DNA of 64,000 bases from Candidatus Magasanikiibacteriota bacterium (GCA_903893485.1 CAITMK010000012.1:83469-147468); one strand, 5' to 3'; shown: positions 39,001-45,283, numbered from the stretch's first letter. Notes: generated by a model from the sequence alone, not told the origin. A program made the numbers and translations.

Positions 39001-39308
39001 CTGCAGTGCCTGTAAAATCAGCGCCCCCACTTGCAACATTCAAGCGCACATTAAAACAGGGTGACACGGGCGCTGATGTAAAAGCACTTCAGATTTTTCT
39101 CAACGCGCACGGCTACGTAATTGCTGCCAAAGGAGCGGGTTCGCCAGGAAAAGAAACGACCACCTTTGGCTCAAACGTTACTGCAGCGCTTAAGAAATTT
39201 CAACAAGATAATGCTGATACATTACTTAAACCCTTTGGTTTGGTGAAACCAACTGGAAATTTTGGCACCGCAACTTTGAAATTTGTTACAGGGATGCTCG
39301 CGCCATAG
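27063..39308 (+). CDS. giant (4081 aa) secreted GLUG-repeat surface protein with FN3-like region and two C-terminal peptidoglycan-binding domains
   Basis: Signal peptide. Six divergent modules of about 500-600 aa, each opening with S/D/NC.DLQ...DIDCTGIDF.P..F.G.FDGQG..I.NL.IN. Each module is followed by many GGF[VA]G / GGLVG (GLUG-type) repeats. FN3-like PPGPVTNVSASVV...LWNPP. Conserved GCMDKTALNYNPAAIVSRDCMYA motif, then two PG_binding_1-like domains. Confidence 0.8.
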   Translation: MNLLFRKKSAYILLSIMNATMLLLFLPTSVHATPVSHPGQIKISVFDELRQPVQNADIGVSCGNSSPVDTGIPTDYSGTEYIDPATLLGASCVSGDPIIIQVASSTLVTQTYPVINAASNYYSDIDPDSALTYHDGSNNVYSFGVETTGQYDASFWNMSDDPLGLSFPTGTPDAVVPNYSGTPLLNFDWSGSSPTGGISGYDWDAEFTKTVTTGEGMYEFDAGVDDGIRVYIDDTPLTPDGWTTQGIGTLYSWKTHLTAGSHTIKVDYFQGGGGSALKTAFYPIFPASPVLSVVKPIISPLDDAFSSPIITINASVAGNITSSGSCSYSGSVNSGNTDIPLSLSPLDGDHSDCTLTLTDPSTDLSNTISVPSFTAASGYQTHYISSCQDLENVGNNPNTYLDQITLTNSIDCTGIDFAPLSFGGNAFQGFFDGGYNTISNLSINQPGIDGVGLFSATNAALMGNVTITGSGVAGRNEVGAFVGYARNTNFVSVSSTMAVSNGTGSGSWGVGGLVGYLNYDDGLNHNLNHLYVSGTVTSTASTIGGIAGEMDVTYAGTNVLVQSVTSTAVIGSADFPSSESGGLFGDVWSINTSDAASTTLTIDHAYASGDVFGGGGGWSNTGGLVGLFESVTNGGPLAISVTSSTAAGNVTSNNGYAGGFIGDNVIYYADHDFQQTFDGDLATGSVVGDAFSRYVGGFLGFVNMNNDAGVHQELLIKNSVASGSTVQGYLYVGGFVGGDDGDSGQVRLNYDYSSGGLIFQNDYSSANVTHAVDSSNNYFGGFAGILNGNASDSIQYPAAIAVDQCAAVGSVTAENSAAVGGFVGEIDGNVAITNSYSTGDTVGAVYTGGFVGVLGAVNPGSLVPDGIAASYSTGAVTSTSDYAGGFAGYLITSEMIGDYAVSHVSTPGDNHGGLMGGISGGIPPAYDVYDQARTGQIELMAGAGVDAPMFGLMAVNGDGTGSNPVPDDAYFFNSTSTEPYDFHDYFPADYWNFDTVWNVHRNTYPTLKNLPYALIQGNGSEQSPYQIRSCEDLQTMSNQDPSSYFQLQNDIDCTGIDFQPNDFGDASFTGSLDGQGYSIINLNVNQSYSDAGLFRFVADATIHDIVFDGGSIQSYNNAGVIAGSALDTNIFNVTSTASVISNDDGSYFGGLVGTATFSNGLANNWSGLTVSSTLGAGAIAGGLAGYLEVLDAGTTFAVNSSTFSGNINYSIDNLYDAGGLIGLTYVHNAEGGATTTLRIANSSASSTINTGNGGAAGEIIGEIWMNIDGENQIGPVDVQMTSSTASGQVSGQYTVGGFIGGAEAEGNADAILNISHNTANVAVNSNGSSAGGFVGFTLMQSSYPHNIQLNFTDDVAEGDVVGNFQVGGFLGSAIGMGPAIDLFDPNATGGLTISRSYASGNVSGTSDEVGGFAGGLAGYSVNPSVLQTITIDQCYARGSVLGGGVNTGGFVGVQYGATGISNAAALGNVSGNLNYTGGFVGDIGGADTSIRNSYAIGSVFGAPGGAVGGFAGLLESLGSISNSFSVGAVTADAGGGFIGSDTADESALSNDYFDIYNSLESSCLPSGGGATECTGVDNGGSDQSYFYLNSNAPFLNGSPVWDFTSIWEKHVAAYPTLRAVPFGLIGNSGLISGSANNPTIISSCTDLQNVSTGNYAGTYELGADIDCTGVDFQPIQFGPFGFQGVFNGQGHSISNLTINQDGQNVGLFSFLDGGIIENVSILSGSVTGTSYVGGLVGIAYDSIIQNVTSTIPVSGAGYAESIGGIVGATYFDDGQSYDWSHLIASSTVAGYNVTGGLAGTIDINYPGTAFHLDTATSTSVLTSTVDEINQSGGMIGILSADNIFGATSTVQITNSYSLITVSSTYGFLVGGFVGDVRANESGPYGEGPTEITISSSTAQGIMNSASYSYGWGGFVGAAETGGSSDSSITLSHDSATTNVNGVYSVGGFAGVGWVLNWNGPYHMEVNMTDDYATGAVSGIDFVGGFFGSTEGEGSFAYLSNELATGGLSIARSYSSGPVTGTGNEVGGFAGYVDCYSGNNAILHVCRFIQDFSTSPVVGTGYDIGGFVGNLAGFSSVEDSYETGDVSELSGKHVGGFVGQMGINSGNNSITRSYSTGSVTGSADINGGFVGQIAQDGAVIQNNFSAGAVNSGGGFIGGAYNVDLSLVQNNYFDVTRAGLSNCALDGSVDSSNCAGVNVDGADSNYFFNNTSNAPFSGAGSNWDFSGTWQAQTFTYPLLKTIPLAAQEAGAMIGSGTQDDPYLVSNCAQLQNIENDVFSAYKLVNDIDCSATAEWNNGLGFFPIGDLSYGPPFLGFFDGNHHTITNLHINSSNGTDVGLFSFATASVIQNVTLDGGSVSSGFSGSSYSLPPGIAGLVGFVSNAVVRGASVKNMSINAALPAGGVVGNLSSSGPAFDNMYYQNELSFSDSINNTISSSGFNLAGGLVGSASSVGIDNSFASSTVNGDFAAGGLVGMANNIYVRNSYATGNITSTQSTNDVYTEPGLGGIIGSAAWTVVASSFSTAQLINNGSTPPGGIIGSIYAPYEVADSFYDISAANVSTCTGNYDGGALNCVGVNADGMDPDHFKNTVEVSPLNMVGGSNPFADSVPQWDFTKVWAVSSTYPQLLSFVAPPMMPENFGISGDYNTTTTISWSAPSSTSEGTITGYYAEVGVDGENWNPVTASSTVGASTFSTQFPSGTFASGVTYVVHVYAMQDGPENTPIYSLPLVGHLVTSSGVPPVVSIDSIENQSTFSYRPDRLTVISDSTSTISFSGGCSSVENAINAGTSVVTLHPMAAGTYDCSILVTSDATGLTTSVSIPEIVVADPPVVSIEDCNDLQHLVELRQTEYGGDTNAVFKLSNNIDCTGVDFHPVDFEEQGLSTLFDGQGYSITNLNIYQPQMQNVGLVRYANNAFFKDLTLSGGNVVGQSNVGALSGLGENVVFENVTSTVSVGSSLTQTSGQSIGGLVGNLLANNGYSTLTNVNVSGGVFGGLDIGGLVGNALIYDQSGPYQSGITINNSEMSGAVQSDYACAGGMVGWASNLSGGESGMLTIQNSHSVGNVSAYYPAGGLVGCGSSMKISDSYATGNISGFWEIGGLVGELDNSGYIQRSFATGNVTMPTHTYYDNSNGDFGGLVGYMDAYAYAMGGSPAPAISSSYATGSVGLTGSNYVGGLVGAIYSGGNIHNSFATGNVTGEFVVGGLVGEYQNSGSGATSTIQNSYAAPSSVSGVSRSGDNAQSIGGLVGRMDAGNIQNSFAADLVQSDGTAPGGLVGYLTADRGISGSNNLFDANRADLTNCVGQGSNDVGCDYVNLGGDNSNYFYSLANAPMSSWSHDIWTSDSYPTLLGLPSVLSESVDQTPPGPVTNVSASVVNDTILQLLWNPPTDGDYSSTIIRDYWYSFGDENPYGTPFSVYDGDLMTMMSTSTSFMKGDIPDGVYGLGIFAVDTHGNASLAATSTYTLWRYPIFTSRYSTNFQQSSVSVGVRVTTPDGSPITSVKVKYSQDWRYDHEMVNDHPDGSGDYPFTIGGLLCNTYYHTEWEVTNKNGTATSGNQDILTAACGAISVSSVSATPSTSTAEITWTSDRVGTSQVAYSPDTAHVLYSNTVETDEDTRVSSHTVVLTNLKSCTTYHYQVISIDEDSNTSTSDYQSFDTTGCIGGTAPSSATSALVSTTDVSTSSLTDSDNTFTVTAPANFTAATSSVVIQIKALSSTSVLGTIGTPASDLKSGAVVDFDVKALIDSNTTLDSFDLPVTITYNYSANDISGLNESSLWMYHYHNDTWMPLDNCSLDTHAKTITCTAPSFSIFAVFGKNPPAPAPPQNNGGGGGGSGGVSPYVGCMDKTALNYNPAAIVSRDCMYAPKPVVVVTPPAPVINPNALSCTIPLYLKSAVRYGAKNNPDDVKMLQKFLNTDEGYNLPISGVYDKALYKAVVAWQEKYAADVLTPWGIKKGTGYIYTQSLKKIKQLHEAKCPITAPAAPSISAAVPVKSAPPLATFKRTLKQGDTGADVKALQIFLNAHGYVIAAKGAGSPGKETTTFGSNVTAALKKFQQDNADTLLKPFGLVKPTGNFGTATLKFVTGMLAP

Positions 39309-39334
39309 TATTGACCGCTTATGCACCAAACTTT

Positions 39335-39363
39335 TTGAAAAAAGTTTGTATAAGGTGTATCAT
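39335..39363 (+). promoter_or_regulatory. sigma70-type promoter for pyrG (TTGAAA-17-TATCAT)
   Basis: ttgaaa (39335-39340), 17-nt spacer, tatcat (39358-39363). Confidence 0.45.
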
Positions 39364-39422
39364 ACTCTCGGTATGAAAATTGGGTGTAGACGTAAGATTA
39401 TCCACAATTTATTCACTTAATC

Positions 39423-39450
39423 CGCAGAGTTTTTAAGACTCTGCGTTTTT
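39423..39450 (+). terminator. leader terminator hairpin upstream of pyrG (candidate attenuator)
   Basis: CGCAGAGT-ttttaag-ACTCTGCG-ttttt, 15 nt before the pyrG ATG and downstream of the predicted promoter. Confidence 0.5.
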
Positions 39451-39464
39451 AATTTCGGCGCAAT

Positions 39465-41087
39465 ATGAAATACATCTTCGTGGTTGGCGGTGTTATGTCT
39501 GGTGTTGGTAAAGGCGTTACGACTTCTTCAATTGGCGCGCTGCTGCGAGCAAAAGGTTTGGCAGTAACGGCGGTTAAAATCGATCCGTACATTAATGTTG
39601 ATGCCGGCACCATGAATCCAATTGAACACGGTGAAGTTTTTGTAACTGTTGATGGCGACGAAACCGATCAAGACATTGGCAACTACGAACGTTTTTTAGA
39701 TACAAATATTACGGCCGTGAATTATATGACCACGGGCCGCGTGTATCAATCAGTTATCGAACGCGAACGCGCCATGGGATATAAAGGTAAATGCGTTGAG
39801 GTGGTGCCAGATGTGCCAAATGAAATCATCGATCGCATTCAGCGCGCCGGAAAAAATGCAAAAGCCGATGTCGTGTTGATTGAAATTGGTGGCACGGTTG
39901 GAGAATATCAAAATGTTTTATTTTTAGAAGCTGCCCGCACCATGAAATTAACGCAACCACGCAATGTGATTACGGTGCTGGTAAGCTATTTGCCCGTACC
40001 AGGTGCGATCGGCGAAATGAAAACCAAACCAACGCAATTTGCCGCGCGTACTTTAAATGCTACCGGTATTCAGGCCGATTTAATTGTGTGTCGCAGTGTG
40101 CAAAGTTTAGATGAGCCACGCCGTCGCAAACTCGCATTATTTTGTAATGTTGCTGCAGAAGATGTAATCGCAGCGCCCGATGTTTCTAGCATTTACGAAG
40201 TTCCAATTATTTTTGAACAACAAAAAGTTGCCGAGCGTGTGATGAAAAAATTATCTTTGCGTGCCAAGAAAAATGACATGGCGCCATGGAATAAATTATT
40301 GCACACGATTCAACATCCAAAACGGGAAGTGCAAATTGCAGTGATTGGAAAATATTTTTCAACCGGAAATTTTGTTTTGTCGGATGCGTATATTTCTGTC
40401 ATCGAGGCAATCAAACATGCAGCGTGGGCCAATGGCGTAAGCGCAAAACTCACCTGGATTTCATCCGAAGAGTACGAAAAGACGCCAGCCCGCATCAAAG
40501 AACTTTCAAATTTTGACGGCGTCGTGGTGCCTGGTGGATTTGGCGCGCGTGGTTTTGAAGGAAATATCGCTGCAATTAAATATGTGCGCGAGAAAAAAAT
40601 TCCGTACTTTGGTTTGTGCTATGGTTTGCAAATGGCAGTTATCGAATTTGCGCGTCATGCATGCGGAATAAAAAGTGCACACACATTGGAAGTTGATCCA
40701 AAAACACCAGACCCAATCGTGCACTTTATGCCTGGCCAAGCAGAAAAGATTTTGACCAAAAAATATGGCGGCACCATGCGTCTTGGTTCGTACGATTGTA
40801 CACTTGCAAAAAATTCAGTGGCACGCACCGCGTATGGCCAAGAAAAAATTTCAGAGCGACATCGTCATCGCTATGAAGTAAATAATAAATATCGCGAGGT
40901 GCTGGAGAAAAAAGGCCTGGTGTTATCCGGCATCAACACGGAATTTGATTTGGTAGAAATTGTTGAGCTACCACGCGCCGTACATCCATTTTTTGTGGGC
41001 GTACAATTTCATCCAGAATTTCAGTCGCGTCCACTGCGACCGCATCCATTGTTTAAGGATTTTATTAAAGCCGCACTCAAGGGTTGA
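39465..41087 (+). CDS. pyrG: CTP synthase
   Basis: MKYIFVVGGVMSGVGKGVTTSSIGALL N-terminal synthetase domain. GATase C-terminal half (GLCYGLQ). Confidence 0.95.
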   Translation: MKYIFVVGGVMSGVGKGVTTSSIGALLRAKGLAVTAVKIDPYINVDAGTMNPIEHGEVFVTVDGDETDQDIGNYERFLDTNITAVNYMTTGRVYQSVIERERAMGYKGKCVEVVPDVPNEIIDRIQRAGKNAKADVVLIEIGGTVGEYQNVLFLEAARTMKLTQPRNVITVLVSYLPVPGAIGEMKTKPTQFAARTLNATGIQADLIVCRSVQSLDEPRRRKLALFCNVAAEDVIAAPDVSSIYEVPIIFEQQKVAERVMKKLSLRAKKNDMAPWNKLLHTIQHPKREVQIAVIGKYFSTGNFVLSDAYISVIEAIKHAAWANGVSAKLTWISSEEYEKTPARIKELSNFDGVVVPGGFGARGFEGNIAAIKYVREKKIPYFGLCYGLQMAVIEFARHACGIKSAHTLEVDPKTPDPIVHFMPGQAEKILTKKYGGTMRLGSYDCTLAKNSVARTAYGQEKISERHRHRYEVNNKYREVLEKKGLVLSGINTEFDLVEIVELPRAVHPFFVGVQFHPEFQSRPLRPHPLFKDFIKAALKG

Positions 41088-41150
41088 CGCATAAGAAAAA
41101 AAAGGTTATTATCCGGGCACGTGGCCACTTTGGCCGCACAAGGAGGCCTC

Positions 41151-41633
41151 ATGCCGACTGGCATAGGTGAAGGTGTTCGAGTTATTGATTGTTCGGTACC
41201 GCTCAGGCAGATTCTGAGCGAGTTGGCGCAGAAGAGGAACGTGGTTTTGGCGCACGATGAAATGCGCAAACTCCCGTTCCACGTGCATCTGGGGGATTTC
41301 ATGAGTTATCCCGCGGATTTTACGGCGCGCAACTTGCGGGTGCTGCGGTTTAATCGGTTGTTTAAAACCAAGGATGAATTGCTCGCGATGATGGCGAAGC
41401 GTCATGGAAAACCGGCGAACGCATTCGCGCTGGCCGCCATATTGGAAGATTTGCTGCCGACCGCAGTGGATGGCCCGGTGATTGCCATCGGTTTTCGCGA
41501 ATTGGGGTCGATGCCGGAACAGGTGCTGCGCGCGCTTCCGTCGCACGACAAAACCCATTGGATCATCGATGTTGCGGCGCTCTATTCGGCGCTGGGCCCC
41601 GAGAACTTTTACCTCATCGTTGGAAATCGGTGA
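41151..41633 (+). CDS. hypothetical protein (GC-rich cassette)
   Basis: Start at MPTGIGE with AAGGAGG 6 nt upstream. The opposite-strand ORF 41109..41741 is R-rich and looks antisense. Confidence 0.45.
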   Translation: MPTGIGEGVRVIDCSVPLRQILSELAQKRNVVLAHDEMRKLPFHVHLGDFMSYPADFTARNLRVLRFNRLFKTKDELLAMMAKRHGKPANAFALAAILEDLLPTAVDGPVIAIGFRELGSMPEQVLRALPSHDKTHWIIDVAALYSALGPENFYLIVGNR

Positions 41634-41666
41634 GCAGTGTTTCGTCGGCGTCTTGCCATTTTGGCA

Positions 41667-41707
41667 GGGCGTCGGCTTTTTTAAATAAAAAAATTCCGCC
41701 GACGCCC
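41667..41707. terminator. GC-clamped hairpin with AT-rich loop between convergent genes
   Basis: gggcgtcggc / gccgacgccc 10-bp stem with a 21-nt loop ttttttaaataaaaaaattcc. Confidence 0.45.
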
Positions 41708-41748
41708 AAGGAGTGGGCGCGCGGCGGAGGTTGCAATGCAAGATCGAA

Positions 41749-42207
41749 CTACGCAGCGGGCTTTTTGGCGCGCGCGGCAGCGATCGTCATGTGCGTGGTG
41801 TGCTCATTCCAGCGTGGAATTTCTTCGAGCAGCTTGTTGAGCGCGGTTTCGCACAGGTGTTTAAAGAGTTCGCAGTCCTTAGCGCGGTCATCGGTGGCGC
41901 TCAGGTTCGTATGGACCGAGAGCCACCGCACAAACGCAAGATCCTCCGCTTCGGGCGACGTCTGAATGTGAATGCTGAAAAGCGGAAATGGCTTCCACCC
42001 GTGGTGCTCGAGCAGTCCCTCGGTGATGGGGATGAGGCGCAGATCCTTTCGCACCAAATCGCGCTCCAAAAGTAGCTGCATGGAGCGAAGTGCGCCGCGG
42101 GGCGTTTCCCAGGACAAAAGCTGCAAATCTCTTCGCATCGCCTCCGTGATGCGGTTTAGGCGGCGAACTTTCTGCAAATGATTGAATTCCTGCATTTCTG
42201 ACTCCAA
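41749..42207 (-). CDS. hypothetical protein (GC-rich cassette)
   Basis: 152-aa ORF with protein-like composition, while the overlapping plus-frame ORFs are R-rich. Start codon uncertain. Confidence 0.4.
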   Translation of the reverse strand: MESEMQEFNHLQKVRRLNRITEAMRRDLQLLSWETPRGALRSMQLLLERDLVRKDLRLIPITEGLLEHHGWKPFPLFSIHIQTSPEAEDLAFVRWLSVHTNLSATDDRAKDCELFKHLCETALNKLLEEIPRWNEHTTHMTIAAARAKKPAA

Positions 42208-42371
42208 CAGTACGGCGACTGTGGGTGTAGTTTTGCATTATGCGGTTGGTTTGTCAATGCAAAGGGTTACACAGCAACTTATATTTTTTAGCAAGAGATT
42301 GACATATAAGGCTCAATTCAGTACGCTGAAAATGCCAAATCATTGGCCGTTGTGAAAAGGAAGGTGGTTCC

Positions 42372-42944
42372 ATGTCTAAACATTTTGAACGCGTGATCGC
42401 GTATCGTACGACGATGCTTCAATTTGCGTATGAGCAGCTCAGGTCTCTCTGCAACTTTGTCTACATTCCACAGGATGGCAAAGGTATCGACGCGCTGCGG
42501 TGCGATCCGAATCTGACGTTCGAACAGGTGCAAGGCTTGGCGGGTGCCGCATATGGCATACGTCGATTCATCCACAAGTTGTGCGCAGTGCCGCGCGGAC
42601 TGACGGCTGCTGAGCGCGAGCAGTTCCACGCCCGGTTGCAATCGGGTGCGACCCAAATGGCATTTATTGCAGCCAATGGGCATTCGATCGAACCAAGTGC
42701 TCAACTCGCAACACGCCTGTACGTCACGGCTCTTCGTGAATGGATGCGTCAGCGGCGCAGTTTCAAGCAGGGCAATAAGTTCTGGGAGCAGAACGCAGTA
42801 TCGTACTTGCTGATCTGCGCAAGAACACGGTGGGGAAGATTCCGGCAGATTATACGCCGGCGGACTTTCACACGGTGTGTGGCCTCGAGTTCCGCTTTGT
42901 GGAGGATCCACAGGGCAAGAATGAGCGGGGCAAGGTGGTCGTGA
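42372..42944 (+). CDS. hypothetical protein; C-terminal about 45 aa probably out of frame
   Basis: Good RBS GAAAAGGAAGGTGG. The sequence is protein-like up to ...FKQGNKFWEQ, then becomes R-rich. The adjacent frame (42830..43192) reads as sensible protein from about 42793. Confidence 0.4.
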   Translation: MSKHFERVIAYRTTMLQFAYEQLRSLCNFVYIPQDGKGIDALRCDPNLTFEQVQGLAGAAYGIRRFIHKLCAVPRGLTAAEREQFHARLQSGATQMAFIAANGHSIEPSAQLATRLYVTALREWMRQRRSFKQGNKFWEQNAVSYLLICARTRWGRFRQIIRRRTFTRCVASSSALWRIHRARMSGARWS

Positions 42945-43192
42945 ACAGCAAGGCGCTTCAGAAGGGCGCGCGATTGCCGCTCATTGTGATTTTGCCGCCA
43001 CAGGAGCTGACGTTTCGCAAGATGCTTCACTGGCTTGGCATGGCGTTGCACTGCTGCCGATTCAACAATCCCTCAATCGGGGCCCCCGATTTGTGCGGCA
43101 TCGACTTGAACGTGATCGCAGACCAAAACCTGGGCATGCTTTACCACATCCAGAACGAGGCCGACGAGCTCGTCAAGCGCGTGCCGGCGTAG
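42830..43192 (+). CDS. hypothetical protein, possibly the C-terminal part of the 42372 gene after a frameshift
   Basis: GTG start in the ORF track. Upstream in the same frame, the sequence reads AERSIVLADLRKNTVGKIP... directly after a TAA. Confidence 0.4.
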   Translation: MGKIPADYTPADFHTVCGLEFRFVEDPQGKNERGKVVVNSKALQKGARLPLIVILPPQELTFRKMLHWLGMALHCCRFNNPSIGAPDLCGIDLNVIADQNLGMLYHIQNEADELVKRVPA

Positions 43193-43212
43193 TCATCGCA
43201 TCATTCCTCTTC

Positions 43213-43250
43213 ACCCCCTCGTACGCGCCACGCGTGCGGGGGACTTTTTT
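43213..43250 (+). terminator. rho-independent terminator
   Basis: ccccctcgtacgcg / cgcgtgcggggg imperfect stem followed by acttttttatt. Confidence 0.5.
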
Positions 43251-43254
43251 ATTG

Positions 43255-43283
43255 TTGACAAAATTGCTTGCCTCAGGTACAAT
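43255..43283 (+). promoter_or_regulatory. consensus sigma70 promoter (TTGACA-17-TACAAT) upstream of nusA
   Basis: ttgaca at 43255-43260, 17-nt spacer, tacaat at 43278-43283. Confidence 0.55.
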
Positions 43284-43289
43284 AATTTC

Positions 43290-43308
43290 AGACTAGTCTT
43301 AGACTAGT
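43290..43308. promoter_or_regulatory. palindromic operator-like site AGACTAGTCT-t-AGACTAGT at the predicted transcription start
   Basis: Perfect 10-bp palindrome agactagtct (43290-43299). Its half-site is repeated at 43301-43308. Confidence 0.4.
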
Positions 43309-43336
43309 TCATTTTTTTAGAAAAACAAAACCCACT

Positions 43337-44527
43337 ATGTCCAGCGCAATCATGGCCGCAATGAAACAAATTGCGGACGAAAAAGGAATTAAAGTAGAAA
43401 CCGTGCTCGACGCCATTGAACAGGCGCTCGCGGCGGCTTTTCGCAAAGATTTTGGTACCAAAAATCAGAATATTGTTGTAAACTTTGACGCCGAAACCGG
43501 CGGCATGAAAGTGTGGGACATTAAAACAATCGTACCAGACGCTGATTTAGAAGAAATCCAGCGTCTTGATGAAGAAGAAGCGCGTTTGCGCGACGAAGCG
43601 TTGGGCCGCGGCGAAGAGCCGCCAGCTGAAGATCCAAACCGTCCACGCTTCAACCCAAAAACAGAAATCATGATCACCGAAGCAAAGAAATTGCAGGGCG
43701 GTGTTTCAATTGGCGACGAATTAAAATTGCCACTCGAAATCACCACTGATTTTGGCCGCATGGCAGCCATGACCGCAAAACAGGTGATCACACAGAAACT
43801 TCGCGAAGCAGAACGCCTCATGATTTACGAAGAATACAAAGACAAAGTCGGCGAAATTTTGATGGGTACCGTGCAGCGTCGCGAAGGCCGTAATTTCCTT
43901 ATCGACTTTGGTCGCTTTAGCGTTATTTTGCCACCCGAAGAACAAATCATCGGCGAATTTTTGCGCCCTGGTGCACGCGTAAAAGTATTTGTGGTTTCTT
44001 GCAACCTTGGTAATCGTGGCCCAGAAGTTGTGGTGTCACGCGCACATCCAAACATGGTTCGCACCGTATTCGAACAAGAAATTCCTGAAGTACAAAACGG
44101 CACCGTACAAATTAAAGCGGTTGCACGCGAAGGTGGTTCACGCAGTAAAGTTGCGGTGTTCACCACCGAAGAAGGTGTTGATCCAATTGGCGCATGTATC
44201 GGCCAGCGTGGTACTCGTATCCAAACCGTTATTGCGGAATTGGGCGGCGAAAAAATCGATATCATTTTGTGGAACGAAGATCCAAAACAATTTATCACTA
44301 ACGCACTTTCACCAGCGCACGTTGTTGCAATTGAATTAAACGAAGAACAAAAAGTTGCATTGGTAACCGTACCTGCAGATCAGTTCTCACTTGCAATTGG
44401 TAAAGGCGGTCAGAATGTTCGTTTGGCTGCAAAATTAACTGGTTGGACCATTACCGTTCAGCAAGCAGAAGGCGTAGAAGTTTCAGAACCAGAAGCAATT
44501 GAACCAACAGAAGAATCAGCGGAATAA
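43337..44527 (+). CDS. nusA: transcription termination/antitermination factor NusA
   Basis: N-terminal domain, S1 domain and two KH domains (GACIGQRGTRIQTVIAELGGEKIDII). Confidence 0.9.
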   Translation: MSSAIMAAMKQIADEKGIKVETVLDAIEQALAAAFRKDFGTKNQNIVVNFDAETGGMKVWDIKTIVPDADLEEIQRLDEEEARLRDEALGRGEEPPAEDPNRPRFNPKTEIMITEAKKLQGGVSIGDELKLPLEITTDFGRMAAMTAKQVITQKLREAERLMIYEEYKDKVGEILMGTVQRREGRNFLIDFGRFSVILPPEEQIIGEFLRPGARVKVFVVSCNLGNRGPEVVVSRAHPNMVRTVFEQEIPEVQNGTVQIKAVAREGGSRSKVAVFTTEEGVDPIGACIGQRGTRIQTVIAELGGEKIDIILWNEDPKQFITNALSPAHVVAIELNEEQKVALVTVPADQFSLAIGKGGQNVRLAAKLTGWTITVQQAEGVEVSEPEAIEPTEESAE

Positions 44528-44551
44528 TTTTTTCGCTTTAACCTCTTTCTT

Positions 44552-45271
44552 ATGAAAGAATTTTTTACCGCTCTTTTATATCGTCCGCTGTATAATTTGC
44601 TCATCGCATTGGTTGCGCTCATGCCGCATCACGATTTTGGTTTAGCAATTTTGGCAATCACCATTGTGATTCGTCTCATTTTGCACCCATTTTCTGCGGT
44701 CGCACTTCGTTCACAGCGCCTCATGCAACAGTTGCAGCCAAAACTCACTGAGCTCAAAGAAAAACACAAAGACGACAAACAAGCATTCACGCAAGCGACC
44801 ATGGAGTTGTACAAAAACAACAAAGTGAGTCCATTTTCTTCGTGCTTGCCGCTGCTTTTGCAGTTGCCAGTTTTACTTGCGCTCTATTGGGTTTTGCGCG
44901 CGGGCCTCAAAGAAGTTGATCCAACCATGTTGTATCATTTCACGCCATATCCAAAGATGTTTTCATCGCTTGCGTTTGGATTTTTGGATTTGAACAAAGT
45001 GAGTTATGTGATTGCAGTGCTCGCGGGTGCCGCACAATTTGTGCAAACAAAAATGTTGCAGGTTCCACCACCACTCGTAAATACCAACGGTTCCAAAGAT
45101 GAACAGATGATGGTAAACATGAACAAACAAATGTTATACCTCATGCCGGTCATGACCATTATTATTGGTATTAAATTGCCAGCAGGTTTGACGTTGTACT
45201 GGCTTTTTAGCACCTTGCTTACGGCAGCGCAACAGTGGTATATTTTCCGCAATCTAGAAAAAAATACGTAA
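44552..45271 (+). CDS. yidC: YidC/Oxa1-family membrane protein insertase (short form)
   Basis: LAILAITIVIRLILHPFSAVALRSQRLMQQLQPKLTELKEKHKDD...SCLPLLLQLPVLLALYWVL. Confidence 0.8.
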   Translation: MKEFFTALLYRPLYNLLIALVALMPHHDFGLAILAITIVIRLILHPFSAVALRSQRLMQQLQPKLTELKEKHKDDKQAFTQATMELYKNNKVSPFSSCLPLLLQLPVLLALYWVLRAGLKEVDPTMLYHFTPYPKMFSSLAFGFLDLNKVSYVIAVLAGAAQFVQTKMLQVPPPLVNTNGSKDEQMMVNMNKQMLYLMPVMTIIIGIKLPAGLTLYWLFSTLLTAAQQWYIFRNLEKNT

Positions 45272-45283
45272 CAAGTTTGCCCT

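Noticed and set aside
41109-41741. 210-aa minus ORF overlapping the 41151..41633 plus gene
   Set aside because: R/H/Q-rich antisense-like sequence. The plus ORF has an AAGGAGG RBS.
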